Source: an uncultured Victivallaceae bacterium
GTDB taxonomy: Bacteria > Verrucomicrobiota > Lentisphaeria > Victivallales > Victivallaceae
Reading direction: 5' to 3'
Length of the DNA: 64,000 nt
NCBI GenBank assembly: GCA_964609825.1
Contig: CAZSSH010000004.1
Coordinates: 267,037 to 331,036 of the forward strand
Shown here: positions 8,766-19,189 of the stretch, piece by piece
How positions within the stretch are numbered: position 1 is the stretch's first letter
Layout: every line of letters starts with the position of its first letter
Notes under the pieces: model-generated
The model's input: the letters and a program-made list of their open reading frames with translations, nothing else
Told to the model about the DNA's origin: nothing
Databases searched by the model: none
Made by a program: the position numbers and the translations under genes

Positions 8766-11700
8766 ATGATGAAACATCTGATTTTTTTGCTGACATTGGG
8801 GCTGGGTTTGACAGCGGCGGCGCTGGAAGTTTCGCCGTTGCCCGCCCATCGGATTACATTATTGAGTGAGCAAAGCTCCGCCAAGGGCGATTTAAAAAAC
8901 ATCACCTCCGGGGCGGGGGCGGCCAAGACCACCTTTGCCACCCTCGCCGGAGCGCAAGTGGAGATATCCTTTGACCGCCCGGCGGTGTTGGGCAAATTGG
9001 CGGTGATCCGCTACGGTTACAAGGATTGGGCGGTGCCGCAAGAGATGACCTTTGCCGCCGACAACCGTCCGGAGCTGGCACTCTCATTGGATTCGCCGCG
9101 GGTGCCTCCTCATGTCAATGATAAAAGCGTCGAGGCCGCGGTCGTCGACTTGGGCGAGGAGCCGGTGAGCAAGCTCGTCATTACCGTCAAATCGGTGGAT
9201 ACGCTGGATCAAAACTCGATCAAACACGGGATTTTGCAGCTGGGCAAAGCAGGGGTCGCCGTTCCGGTCCCGGTTCCGGCGGCGGAAGTGGCGGCCGACA
9301 CCGACGATGCCTTGGCCTACCAGCTTTTGCCGTTGCCCTCGTTTCAGGCGGCTGCCGTCGGCAAGGCGGTCACCAAGCAGGATGTCCAAAATGTGGGTGC
9401 CGGCTCATTGGAGGCCTCGCCGGTGTGGAACGATTTGGCGCAAACGGCTATAAAATTAGAGTTTGCTGCGCCGGTGGATTTGAGCAAGCTTGCGGTCTTG
9501 CGCGTCGGCTGGCAGGACTGGGCGGCGGTGGGCGAGGTCAGCGTCCGGGTCAACGGCGGACCGGAGCAGATTTTTCCCCTTAACAGCAAAATTATTTTGC
9601 CCAACAGTCAAAAGGCCGCGTATCCGGCGGATATTTTATCTTTGACCGGAGCTGAAAAAGTCAAAACTCTTGAGTTTGCGGTCAAAAAAGTTTCGACCAA
9701 GGGCAATTTGCACGGGAGTTTCAAGCTGGCCGTCCCCGGCGAGGCGGCCAAGATCCAATATGTCGATGACAATGCGTTTGCCCAAGCCGTCAAGCTTAAG
9801 CTTGCAGTCAAGGCGGGGGCGGATTTGGGCGATTGCGTGCTGCGGGCGACGGCGTACCGGTTTCGCAGCGATGTCACTTGGGAGGTGCCGCTTGCCGGGA
9901 TCAAGGCGGGTGAGAGCGAGTATGTGATTGAGCCCTCTATGTTTGTCTCTCGCGATAACCCCGCTTTGGCGATGACGCCGTGGAATGTGAGCGCGTTTGA
10001 GCTTGCCGCCCCCAATCCGGGCGCGTTTGAGTTTACAGTGACTCCGCTGGCCGGACGCGAAACCGCGCCGTTGTGGGGCAAGGTCGGGCTTGCCGACAAC
10101 CGCCCGGATGCCGACGGTTTCCGCCCCGGCATCCCGGCCGACGGCTTCGGCCGCTTTGGCTATTTGCCGGCCAACGGTTTGTTGACTTGCAACGTGGAGG
10201 GCAACGGCCTCTTTTTTCAGGTCTACGACCGCGATGCTTCGGCATTTTTTAAGCTCAACGCAGGGAGCGGCCCGGCACAGCGGACACTGTGGCAGCGCCG
10301 CGAGGTCACCGCCAGCTCAGTGGTGCTCACGCAGCTCAAATCTTACTTGGACGCCAAGGAGAGTCAGGTTTCCTCCAAGGCTTACGGCGTTTTTGACCAG
10401 ACCAAGGTGCCCGAGCGCTGGATTTACAGCATTCTCGCTCCCGGGGTTTTGACCGATTCGGCCGACCGGATTTTTTCGCTCACTCCCGACGTCGCTCAAG
10501 GGGCGGCGTTTGTGCTTTATCCCGGATTGACGGGTAAACTCAAGTTTCAAAAAGTCACCGGAAAACTCGCTCTCGACGACCTTGCCGAGGGGTGGCTGGT
10601 GATCGTCTGGGAAAAGACGCCAAGCATCCCCGTCATGCTTGCTTTGGAGAAGAAACCGCAGGCAATCATGGCCGAAAAAGATGAGATTGCCCTTTTATTT
10701 GACCAGGCGCGCGGGATGATCGGCATCGGGACACCCAACGGCATCCGGCCGTGGCCGGGCAATGTCGGGGAGGTCAACCCGGCTACCGAAACCTTGGCCG
10801 GCAAGGCGCGGTTTTTGGCCGGAGTGTTGCGCGCTTACCCGTTGACGGCGGCGATGAGTTACCAAATTGCCGGGGATCAAGTCAACTTTGCCGAAACCTT
10901 TGGTCGCGTCAATTGGAAAAACGCGTGGCGCGAGAGCGGTCAAGTTGTTTACCCGGTGCCGCCCTTGGTCGCCTTTGCCAAAGCGATGCATTACCCGGTC
11001 GAGTTTGGCCCGGCGTCGGCGCCGGTCAACTCGGCCATCGACACCAAATACGGGCCCTATGCTTATTTTACGAAACCTTTTACCTACTCGCTGCCGGTGC
11101 CGCCCAAAGATCGCGTCTGGTACCCCGCCAATTTGCAAAATCCGCTTTTGGCCAAAGTCGCCGCCAATGTTGCCAAACATCTCGATGACGGCCGCAGCGC
11201 TGAAAAATTACGCCGGTCGGACGCGTTGGCTTGCTGGTGGATGTACGGCTCGGCGGCGCTTGCTTGGCCGATTTACACCAATGCGCAAAAGCAGGAGATT
11301 TTGTCAGGGTGGAAAAGGATGGTCGATCACTCGTTGAGCGACCGTACCTGGTATTTGCGGCGCGAACCCTTTACCGGCAAAGAGTATCCGATGTCTTTCG
11401 CCTGGATGGATAAATCGCTGCAAGTCCTCGGCGATCCCAACACTGGGATCGGCACCGCGCTCTCCGGCTTTTGGGCTTATGCCGCCAGCTCCGGCGACTG
11501 GCAGACCATCCGCGACAACTGGGATAAAATCCGCAAAATCAGCCGCTATTATTACCTCTCCCACGACTGGACGACCATGCAGACCGGCTGCCGCGAGCAT
11601 ACCGCAAGCTCAGCCATTGACATGGATGTGATCAGTTATGACGGCCTCTGCGGCTACTATCACATGGCCAAGGAGCTCGGTAAAACCGACGACATGAGCG

Positions 11701-12452
11701 ACGCCTTGATGCTCCTCTCGCGGCTTGCCGTGTCCAACTCGATGAAGTGGCACGCCGCCGATTGGCGCAGTCCGGGCTTGCCCTTAAAGGAACAAAAATC
11801 CATCGGTATCGGCTTTAATGACAAATTCGGCTTTGAGGCGATGGCGGCGCGCGGCAAAGACCCCAATTATATCAACAGCGAGATTTCGCTCTCCCTGGCG
11901 TGGATTGGCCACTTTCCGACCTTTTACTCGATGTTGCTTTTCGGTAATCCGCCGGAGTACTGGCAGTATTTTGAGTACGATTATGTCGAAAACAAGCTCG
12001 ACAACTGGCGCAAACAGCACCCCGGCTCGCGCAACTGGCACGATGCCAACCTTACCGCCCATTTGTATCTCCGGCTGCTGCTGGGTGAGAGCAAAGAGTC
12101 CATTGACCGCGAAACCGCCAATTTAAAAGACAATAAGGGCAACGCCTTTTTGCTCAACCCCGATCCGCGAATGGCGGCGGAAAACGCCGGGTTTTATGCC
12201 TTGCTGGCCGGTTTTGAGTCGCCTGTAAGACTTTGGGACAACGGTCAAAGCGTGCTTTTGACTTTTTCCACCGACGACAACTTTAAGACGGTCAAGCTCA
12301 TCCTCACCAGTGCCGGGGCCACCGTGGTCAAGCTCCAATTGCTGCAAAAACCGGTGAGCGTTAATTGCAACGGCAAAGCAATCACGGTCAAGCCGGGCAT
12401 TGTCGAGCTGCCGGTTGCGGCGGGCAAAAGTGAATTTATCTTTGCCTTTTAA
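8766..12452 (+). CDS. Large secreted multidomain protein (1228 aa). It has internally repeated N-terminal beta domains and a C-terminal region that may be an (alpha/alpha)6 glycosidase-like fold.
   Basis: Signal peptide 'MMKHLIFLLTLGLGLTAAALEV'. Internal repeat 'LGKLAVIRYGYKDWAVPQEMTF' / 'LSKLAVLRVGWQDWAAVGEVSV'. Its start abuts the DUF1559 stop. I do not recognise the family. Confidence 0.4.
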   Translation: MMKHLIFLLTLGLGLTAAALEVSPLPAHRITLLSEQSSAKGDLKNITSGAGAAKTTFATLAGAQVEISFDRPAVLGKLAVIRYGYKDWAVPQEMTFAADNRPELALSLDSPRVPPHVNDKSVEAAVVDLGEEPVSKLVITVKSVDTLDQNSIKHGILQLGKAGVAVPVPVPAAEVAADTDDALAYQLLPLPSFQAAAVGKAVTKQDVQNVGAGSLEASPVWNDLAQTAIKLEFAAPVDLSKLAVLRVGWQDWAAVGEVSVRVNGGPEQIFPLNSKIILPNSQKAAYPADILSLTGAEKVKTLEFAVKKVSTKGNLHGSFKLAVPGEAAKIQYVDDNAFAQAVKLKLAVKAGADLGDCVLRATAYRFRSDVTWEVPLAGIKAGESEYVIEPSMFVSRDNPALAMTPWNVSAFELAAPNPGAFEFTVTPLAGRETAPLWGKVGLADNRPDADGFRPGIPADGFGRFGYLPANGLLTCNVEGNGLFFQVYDRDASAFFKLNAGSGPAQRTLWQRREVTASSVVLTQLKSYLDAKESQVSSKAYGVFDQTKVPERWIYSILAPGVLTDSADRIFSLTPDVAQGAAFVLYPGLTGKLKFQKVTGKLALDDLAEGWLVIVWEKTPSIPVMLALEKKPQAIMAEKDEIALLFDQARGMIGIGTPNGIRPWPGNVGEVNPATETLAGKARFLAGVLRAYPLTAAMSYQIAGDQVNFAETFGRVNWKNAWRESGQVVYPVPPLVAFAKAMHYPVEFGPASAPVNSAIDTKYGPYAYFTKPFTYSLPVPPKDRVWYPANLQNPLLAKVAANVAKHLDDGRSAEKLRRSDALACWWMYGSAALAWPIYTNAQKQEILSGWKRMVDHSLSDRTWYLRREPFTGKEYPMSFAWMDKSLQVLGDPNTGIGTALSGFWAYAASSGDWQTIRDNWDKIRKISRYYYLSHDWTTMQTGCREHTASSAIDMDVISYDGLCGYYHMAKELGKTDDMSDALMLLSRLAVSNSMKWHAADWRSPGLPLKEQKSIGIGFNDKFGFEAMAARGKDPNYINSEISLSLAWIGHFPTFYSMLLFGNPPEYWQYFEYDYVENKLDNWRKQHPGSRNWHDANLTAHLYLRLLLGESKESIDRETANLKDNKGNAFLLNPDPRMAAENAGFYALLAGFESPVRLWDNGQSVLLTFSTDDNFKTVKLILTSAGATVVKLQLLQKPVSVNCNGKAITVKPGIVELPVAAGKSEFIFAF

Positions 12453-12461
12453 GGCATAAAA

Positions 12462-12493
12462 AAAGAGAGCAAACGCGTTGCTCTCTTTTGGAT
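12462..12493. terminator. Bidirectional rho-independent terminator between convergent genes.
   Basis: AAAAAAA-AGAGAGCAA-ACGCG-TTGCTCTCT-TTTGG. The stem is flanked by an A-tract and a T-tract. Confidence 0.7.
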
Positions 12494-12502
12494 TGCTCCA
12501 AA

Positions 12503-13378
12503 TTACTTGGCAATGCCGATGATTTGGGTCAAGCTGGTGCTTTGGCCGGGGGCAAGGACAACCTTATCCGGGCCCGCGTTGGTTGCCTCGACGCAGACCA
12601 TGGTGTGATACTCCTCGTCGCCGAAGTCCGGCATCTTTTTGGATTTCTCCACCCACGGGTTCCAAACCACGGTCGAGTGGCTGCCCTGCTTGGCGACCTC
12701 AATGGTGCGGTTGAGCTCGGGATCGACAATCTTCACCGTGTCGGCGGTGTCGGGAAACAAGAGATCAACTTCGCGGTCGATCTTAAGCTCGTCGCCGCAG
12801 ACGCCGTCCGCGTTTTTGATGCGGTCAAAGTAAACGCGCTCCTCCAAACCCTTGATGCTGATCTCCATCGCGTTGGCGACGTTAAAATAGCTGTGCAAGG
12901 CCTGAGTGATTTCGACGGTTTTGCTGTCGCGGTTGGTAGTGGTGAGCGTCATGGTCAGTTTTTTGCCGACGGTGACGGTCATAGTGAGCTCAAAGGAAAA
13001 GACTTCGATTCCGGGGGCCAGCAATTGATTGTTGAGCTCCAGCACGATCTGGTCGTCGCCGCCGGCGGTTTTGCCGACCGAGCGGATCGCCCACTGCGAC
13101 AAACGCGCATAGCCGTGCGCCGGGAGCACCGCGCCGCCAAACCACGGCCAGCACACGGGGACGCCGCCGCGGATCGGTTTGCCGGCCTCAAAATACGAGC
13201 TCTCGCTGAGCCACAAGCAATCGTAGGCCCCGGCGGGTTTGTAGCTCATCACGTGTGCGCCGTAGGTGCAAATGAGGGCGCTTGCGTTGGCGTTTTTGAC
13301 CTTGACATAGATAAAGTTGCCGACGCCGCGCTCAAAGCTGACGGTGTCGCTGCCGAATTTTTTCTGCAAATCTTCCAT
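12503..13378 (-). CDS. D-hexose-6-phosphate mutarotase (glucose-6-phosphate 1-epimerase, YeaD-like aldose-1-epimerase family).
   Basis: 'GGVPVCWPWFG' matches the YeaD signature; 291 aa. Confidence 0.8.
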   Translation of the reverse strand: MEDLQKKFGSDTVSFERGVGNFIYVKVKNANASALICTYGAHVMSYKPAGAYDCLWLSESSYFEAGKPIRGGVPVCWPWFGGAVLPAHGYARLSQWAIRSVGKTAGGDDQIVLELNNQLLAPGIEVFSFELTMTVTVGKKLTMTLTTTNRDSKTVEITQALHSYFNVANAMEISIKGLEERVYFDRIKNADGVCGDELKIDREVDLLFPDTADTVKIVDPELNRTIEVAKQGSHSTVVWNPWVEKSKKMPDFGDEEYHTMVCVEATNAGPDKVVLAPGQSTSLTQIIGIAK

Positions 13379-13383
13379 AAATA

Positions 13384-16215
13384 CTAGACTCTCTCCATCG
13401 TTACAGTTAAATTGTCGTGGCTGCCGTTGTAGGCGTACTCAAGCTCAATTTCGGCGGGAGCCTTGACTTTGATCACCACATGATGCACATCGGTTTTGCG
13501 CCACGCGACCTCAATCCGTCCGCGGACGGTCGGGCGCACGCCGGAGGCGAACTCCAAGTTGCCGAAAAACGGCGAAATTTTGAATTTTTTGCCGCCCGCG
13601 CCGACCGGCGAAATGCCGAGTACAATTTTGGGCAAAAAGTAAACCGGCGCCGCCGACCAGCCGTGACAATGACTGCGGGTCGGGAAACCGTTGGCGAAGT
13701 CAAACGCCCCGTTGGCCTCAAATGCGCCCGCATAGGTTTCCCATACGGTGCTGGCATCCAAATCCACCATCGGCAGGTAATCGCGGTAGACCGCCTCAAG
13801 GATATCTTTGTAAAGCTCAAGCTTGTCAAAGGTTTCGTACAAATACAACGACGCAAACGGCGATGAAATCTTGATCAAATCGTTGCGCGGCGAAATCGTG
13901 TTGGCGCGCGCCATCGCGAAGTGCTCGGGGGCGCAGCAATCGTACAAAATCGACAGCATGCTGGTGTGGACTGCAATGTCGCTTGACCCCTTGCCGTTTT
14001 CGTCGATCCGGTCGGGCCACGCCAGTTTGCGGTTGTCCCAGACGCGGTTGATCGCTTTGACGAGCTCGGCGCGCGAAAAGACGAGCTCCTCGCACGTTTC
14101 GCCGATGACCGGCGCCAAGTTGATGGCCGCATTTAAAGCTCCCGCCAAAAACATCGAGTTGTAAACGAGTGTTTCATGATTGGCGTCGGTTTTGCTCCAG
14201 TCAAACAAATTCCACTCCTTGCAGCGCAGGAGTCCGGTGGCCGGGTCGATTTTTTCAAATGCGCCCGCGAGATTCTTTTGGATGTAAGGCCACATTTCGC
14301 GGACGAAATCGGCGTCGCCGGTCTCGTTGTAATAGTCCTCAATCGAGATGCCCCACATAAAGCTCCACACCGGAATGATCGAGTCCCACCCCGACGGCAC
14401 CTGACAGGCCACCATCGGGTAGCGCTCGAGCGACTGCCCGGCGAGTTTGATGCAGCGCTTGACCAAATCATAAGCGCCGAAGCTCGACATCGCAAACAAA
14501 CTCTCATTGCGCGCGTCGCCGACCCACAACGTTTGCTCGTAAAGGGGGCAGTCGGTAAAGGTGTCCTCCATACAAAGTTTGAGGGTGCGCAGACTGATGT
14601 CGTAAATTTTGTTGAGCTTGGGGTCGCTGCTGAAAAACGAGCCGTCGTTGGATACCGGATACGTGGACTCGATCAACCGGAAAAATTGGAATTTGACCGG
14701 GCGCTTGTAATTGCGCAACGTGATAAAAATATACCGGCCGCTGCGGCGTTTCATGCTGATGTAGCGGTTGTGACCCTCGCAGCAAATATAGCGCATCGCA
14801 TTGCGGTAATTGTTGGTATGCTGGACTTTGCCGCTGGGGGTAAGGTACTCGACGGCGGCGATGTCGACAATCGTCCCGGCTTCGGCCTCCAAGGCAAAAT
14901 TCCAAAAGCCGATGTTTTGCTCGCCCAAATCGTAGCAGAGCTCGACGTCGTAACCGTTGACCGGGTTAACGGTGACAAACTCGTTGTCCGGGTAGAGCAT
15001 GTACTCGGGGTGCTCAATGTCGCTTGTGTTGATGTCAATCGCCTGCCGCGACAAAAAGCTCCAGTGGCACTGGTCCTGCGACAATTTGCCGGGATCGAGC
15101 ATGGTTAAATCATCGCCGTGCCGGCGGATGAATTCCTCAATGTTTTTGATTTGGAGCATCTCGTCGCGCTGTATCACAAAGGTCTGGTTGCGTTGCTGAA
15201 AGTTGTCATTGGCCCACAAAAACGGGATATCGGGAGCGAGCTGATACAAGTCTTTAAACTCATACACGGCAACGCGGCTGCCGCCGTCCAAAATATTGGA
15301 GAATCGCAGCTCCGAGTTGGCCGGGAACCCGACCACCAGATCGCTCTGGTGGTTGTACAATGAGTGGCATCCCGCCAGCAAAAGGTTGGCCCCTTTTTTG
15401 AATTTGACGATGCCGTCGGTGGAAACAACGCCGTTGACCGAGACTACCGCATTGTGGAGCTGCAACTTGATTTCGACGCTGCCCGCCGCCTCGACGTTGA
15501 GCGCCATTACGATGCCGATGCTGCTTGCGTTGTTGGCCGAGGTGTCGCCCGGGTAGGCGAGCTCTTTTAACGGGATCGAAAACACGGTCATTTGCGGGCG
15601 CACCCGTTTGGCCGAGTCAAAGCGTTTGCACAAAAATTCGCGGCGGGTCAGCAACCGGCAGTCGCGCGGATTGAGGTTTTGCCACGGGCCTTCGCCGGCC
15701 GGGCAGATGATTTCGGCGGGCGAAAATTCCAATTTTTGCTCGTTGGAGGCGTCAAAAAATTCAAACGGGGCCTGCTGGATCATCGCCTTGGGCGTATTGA
15801 CCACCCACTGCGGAACGATAGCGGCAAGCCAGGAGTCATCGGTGACGATGCTCTCCGCTGAGCCGTCAACCTTGTCGACGCAGAGCTCGGCCAAAAAGCC
15901 GGCGCGCTGCGGGATCTGGTGAAAGGTGCCGCAGCCAAAATAACGGACGGTGACTTCCAATAAATTGTTGCCGTTGCGCAAAACTCCGCCCAAGTCCAAT
16001 ACGTCAAACTGATAATGCTCGGGGTAGCTGCGGCCGGGCCCGTCGTTGAGCCACTGGCCGTTGATCTTGAGCCGGTAATAAGTGTCGGCGGTAATGGCGA
16101 TGCGGCCCGAAGTTACATTGTCGAGCTTGATTTCGCGGCGGAAGGTGACGCATTGATTGTATTGGCGGCCGTCAACCTTGGCCGCCCAGATCCAGTTGCC
16201 ATTGATCGTAGTCAT
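13384..16215 (-). CDS. Alpha-L-rhamnosidase, glycoside hydrolase family 78.
   Basis: N-terminal 'WIWAAKV…' domain, and 'DCPLYEQTLWVGDARNESL' matching the GH78 six-hairpin catalytic-domain motif (DCP.RER..W.GD). 943 aa. Confidence 0.8.
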   Translation of the reverse strand: MTTINGNWIWAAKVDGRQYNQCVTFRREIKLDNVTSGRIAITADTYYRLKINGQWLNDGPGRSYPEHYQFDVLDLGGVLRNGNNLLEVTVRYFGCGTFHQIPQRAGFLAELCVDKVDGSAESIVTDDSWLAAIVPQWVVNTPKAMIQQAPFEFFDASNEQKLEFSPAEIICPAGEGPWQNLNPRDCRLLTRREFLCKRFDSAKRVRPQMTVFSIPLKELAYPGDTSANNASSIGIVMALNVEAAGSVEIKLQLHNAVVSVNGVVSTDGIVKFKKGANLLLAGCHSLYNHQSDLVVGFPANSELRFSNILDGGSRVAVYEFKDLYQLAPDIPFLWANDNFQQRNQTFVIQRDEMLQIKNIEEFIRRHGDDLTMLDPGKLSQDQCHWSFLSRQAIDINTSDIEHPEYMLYPDNEFVTVNPVNGYDVELCYDLGEQNIGFWNFALEAEAGTIVDIAAVEYLTPSGKVQHTNNYRNAMRYICCEGHNRYISMKRRSGRYIFITLRNYKRPVKFQFFRLIESTYPVSNDGSFFSSDPKLNKIYDISLRTLKLCMEDTFTDCPLYEQTLWVGDARNESLFAMSSFGAYDLVKRCIKLAGQSLERYPMVACQVPSGWDSIIPVWSFMWGISIEDYYNETGDADFVREMWPYIQKNLAGAFEKIDPATGLLRCKEWNLFDWSKTDANHETLVYNSMFLAGALNAAINLAPVIGETCEELVFSRAELVKAINRVWDNRKLAWPDRIDENGKGSSDIAVHTSMLSILYDCCAPEHFAMARANTISPRNDLIKISSPFASLYLYETFDKLELYKDILEAVYRDYLPMVDLDASTVWETYAGAFEANGAFDFANGFPTRSHCHGWSAAPVYFLPKIVLGISPVGAGGKKFKISPFFGNLEFASGVRPTVRGRIEVAWRKTDVHHVVIKVKAPAEIELEYAYNGSHDNLTVTMERV

Positions 16216-16221
16216 GATTGA

Positions 16222-17565
16222 TTACCTGAGTTGATTTTTGACCCGCAGCGCCACGCTTTTTTCGTACTCGTCAAGGTTGTCGATGTTGATTTGAGCGACA
16301 TTTTCTTGCATCGCCGCCTGAGCCACATACTTGGCAACGCGGGGGACAACACGTGAGTCAAAGGGTTTGGGGATCACATAGTCGCAGCGGAGTTCGCCGT
16401 TTTTGCCGTCAAACATGCCTTTGGCGAAGTCGGCGGGATACGCTTTTGCCAATTCGGCCTTGACTTCGGCGCTGATTTCCTCACTCGCCAGCTCGGCAAT
16501 CGCCTTGGAGGCACCGAGCATCATGCCGCGGGTGATGTCTTTGGCTCTCACGTCCAGAGCACCCCGGAAAATCCCCGGGAAGCCCAAAACGTTGTTAATT
16601 TGATTGGCAAAGTCGCTGCGGCCGGTGCCGACCACCGCCGCCCCTGCCTGCAAGGCGACATCGGGGTAAATCTCGGGGGTCGGGTTGGCCATTGCAAAAA
16701 TAACCGCACCCTGGTTCATCGACTTGACCATCTCCGGCGTCACGCAGTTGGGGGCGGACAAGCCGAGGAAAATATCGGCATTTTGCATGGCGTCGGCGAG
16801 CGTGCGTTTGTCGGTTTTGACCGCAAAGGCCTGCTTTTCAGCATTTAGATCGGTGCGCTCACTGTGGATGACACCTTTGGAGTCGCACAAAAGAAAGTTT
16901 TCGCGCTTGGCTCCGGCAAAAATATAGTATTCGCTGCACGAGATCCCCGCCGCGCCCGCGCCGTTGACCACAAAGCGGCAGTCTTCAATCTTTTTGCCCA
17001 AAAATTTGAGGGCGTTCAAAATCGCGGCCAACGAGATGATCGCGGTACCGTGCTGGTCGTCGTGAAAGACGGGGATATTCATCCGCTTTTTAAGCGTCTG
17101 CTCGACTTTGAAACACGCCGGGGCGCCGATGTCCTCCAAGTTGATCCCGCCAAAGGTGGGCTCAAGGCACTCGACGACGCTGATCAATTTATCGGCGTCG
17201 GTACGGCCTTTGTCGTCAAATACTTTGTTGAGACACAACGGGATCGCGTCAATGTCGGCAAAGCGTTTAAACAACACGGCTTTGCCTTCCATCACCGGCA
17301 TTCCGGCCTCGGGGCCGATGTTACCCAAGCCGAGGACGGCGGTGCCGTCGCTCACCACGGCGACGAAGTTGCTCTTAATGGTGTATTTCCAGACGTCATC
17401 GGGGGTGTTTTTGATCTCGAGACAGGGTTGGGCGACGCCGGGAGTATAGGCGAGCGACAGGTCCTTGGCCCCGGCGCAGCTTTTGGTGGAGATGACGGAA
17501 ATTTTGCCCGGAGTCGGGTTTTGGTGGTAGTCGAGCGCGGCTTTTTTGAGTTCGTCCTGATTCAT
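16222..17565 (-). CDS. NAD(P)-dependent malic enzyme (malate dehydrogenase, oxaloacetate-decarboxylating; short bacterial form).
   Basis: 'YTPGVAQPCLEI', 'FVVNGAGAAGISC' (Rossmann), 'FAMANPTPEI'. Confidence 0.9.
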   Translation of the reverse strand: MNQDELKKAALDYHQNPTPGKISVISTKSCAGAKDLSLAYTPGVAQPCLEIKNTPDDVWKYTIKSNFVAVVSDGTAVLGLGNIGPEAGMPVMEGKAVLFKRFADIDAIPLCLNKVFDDKGRTDADKLISVVECLEPTFGGINLEDIGAPACFKVEQTLKKRMNIPVFHDDQHGTAIISLAAILNALKFLGKKIEDCRFVVNGAGAAGISCSEYYIFAGAKRENFLLCDSKGVIHSERTDLNAEKQAFAVKTDKRTLADAMQNADIFLGLSAPNCVTPEMVKSMNQGAVIFAMANPTPEIYPDVALQAGAAVVGTGRSDFANQINNVLGFPGIFRGALDVRAKDITRGMMLGASKAIAELASEEISAEVKAELAKAYPADFAKGMFDGKNGELRCDYVIPKPFDSRVVPRVAKYVAQAAMQENVAQINIDNLDEYEKSVALRVKNQLR

Positions 17566-17569
17566 TTTG

Positions 17570-18343
17570 TTAAAGTCCTTGGTTGATTCTGACCGGTATA
17601 TTTTGTTTGCTGAGGTATTGTTTTACCTGCGGGATGGTAAACGTGCCAAAGTGAAAGATGCTGGCGGCGAGCACGGCGTCGGCCTTACCCGCTTTGAGAA
17701 CCTCGGCCATGTGCTCCAAGGTGCCCGCGCCGCCGGAGGCGATCACCGGCACATTGACGCGGCTTGAAATCAAGCTCGTAATCGCGCAGTCAAACCCGGC
17801 GCAGGTGCCGTCAGCGTCCATGCTGGTGAGCAAAATTTCGCCCGCCCCGAGTTTTACGCACTTTTCCGCCCACTCGACAGCGTCGATGCCGGTCGGCTTG
17901 CGGCCGCCGTGGGTGTAGACCTCCCACTTGTTTTGGCCGGGGATGCGCTTGACGTCCATCGCTAAAACGATGCACTGCGAGCCGAAGCGGTCGGCCCCCT
18001 CGCGGATGAGCTCGGGGCGCAGCACCGCGGCGGTGTTGACCCCGATTTTGTCGGCGCCGGCGAGGAGCATGTTGCGCATGTCCTCCACGGTGCGGATGCC
18101 GCCACCCACGGTGAGCGGGATAAAAATGCTCTCGGCGGTGCGGCGCACCACATCGATCATGGTGTTGCGGTTGTCGCTGCTCGCCGTGATGTCCAAAAAG
18201 ACCAGCTCGTCGGCGCCCGCGGCATCATATTTTTTTGCATTCTCCACCGGGTCGCCCGCGTCCACGAGATCGACGAAGTTGACCCCTTTGACCACCCGGC
18301 CGTTATTGACATCCAAACAGGGGATGATTCTTTTTGCCAACAC
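17570..18343 (-). CDS. hisF: Imidazole glycerol phosphate synthase cyclase subunit HisF.
   Basis: '[11 protein letters not shown]…[12 protein letters not shown]…' is the canonical HisF sequence. I propose a GTG start ([12 protein letters not shown]) with a GAGGT RBS; the track start at 18358 is a TTG. Confidence 0.85.
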   Translation of the reverse strand: MLAKRIIPCLDVNNGRVVKGVNFVDLVDAGDPVENAKKYDAAGADELVFLDITASSDNRNTMIDVVRRTAESIFIPLTVGGGIRTVEDMRNMLLAGADKIGVNTAAVLRPELIREGADRFGSQCIVLAMDVKRIPGQNKWEVYTHGGRKPTGIDAVEWAEKCVKLGAGEILLTSMDADGTCAGFDCAITSLISSRVNVPVIASGGAGTLEHMAEVLKAGKADAVLAASIFHFGTFTIPQVKQYLSKQNIPVRINQGL

Positions 18344-18634
18344 TTTGCAGTACCTCAAGTTGCGGCGGCTCCGTCTGCTGTTTGACTGAGCAAAAAACCG
18401 TTTCGGCGGCCGCCGGATAAAAAATATTTTTTATAATATATCACACTTTTGAATTTTATCGAAAAAAAAACCATTAAAAATTTGCTTTTTTTCAGAAAAA
18501 ATGTATTTTTATATTATGAACCGGTGTTTTTTGCGGGAACGGACCGGGCCGGATGCGGTAAAACGGTTGAGAATGAGCTACATGAATGCAGCCGTTTGCC
18601 GGAGATGTTGGGAAAAATATAAGGAGACAGTGCC

Positions 18635-19141
18635 ATGGAATTTTATGAAGTCGTCAAAAAACGCCGGAGCATTCGCAACTACAAGCCGGACGCAGTGCCG
18701 GATCAGGCATTGGAGCACATTGCCGAAGCAGTGGCGTTGGCTCCGTCCGCCTGTCACCGTCAGCCGGTCAAAATTTTGGCCGTCAAAGATCCCGAGGTTA
18801 AAGCCAAAATCATTGCGGTCTGCCCGCAGCGTTTTTTGCCGGAGGCGCCGGTGATTTTGGTCGCCATTGGCGACACACAAACCGCTTGGCAACGGGTCGG
18901 CGACGACCACACGATCATCGAGATTGATTTGGCGATTGCCATGGAGCACGCCGTCCTGGCGGCGACAGCCGAAGGATTGGGAACCTGTTGGGTTTGCGCT
19001 TACAATGTGGAGAATATGAATGAAGCCTTGGGCCTCAAGCGTCCGCAGACCGCTTTGGCGATTTCGCCCTTGGGTTACCCGGCGCGCGAACCCGCGCCGT
19101 TGCTCCGTAAAAGCATCGGTGAAGTCTTTGAGATTGTGTAA
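18635..19141 (+). CDS. Nitroreductase-family protein.
   Basis: 'KRRSIRNYKPDAVPDQALEHIAEAVALAPSACHRQP' and 'LGTCWVCAY'; 168 aa. Confidence 0.85.
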   Translation: MEFYEVVKKRRSIRNYKPDAVPDQALEHIAEAVALAPSACHRQPVKILAVKDPEVKAKIIAVCPQRFLPEAPVILVAIGDTQTAWQRVGDDHTIIEIDLAIAMEHAVLAATAEGLGTCWVCAYNVENMNEALGLKRPQTALAISPLGYPAREPAPLLRKSIGEVFEIV

Positions 19142-19154
19142 GTTAATTGCAAAA

Positions 19155-19187
19155 CCGCGGTCAATTGAGCTTGACCGCGGTTTTTTT
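19155..19187 (+). terminator. Rho-independent terminator downstream of the nitroreductase gene.
   Basis: CCGCGGTCAA-TTGAGC-TTGACCGCGG followed by T7. Confidence 0.75.
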
Positions 19188-19189
19188 GT

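Noticed and set aside
18501-18854. A 117-aa plus-strand ORF starting in the hisF/nitroreductase promoter region.
   Set aside because: It overlaps the well-supported nitroreductase gene out of frame, and its Arg/Cys/Trp-rich composition is not protein-like.
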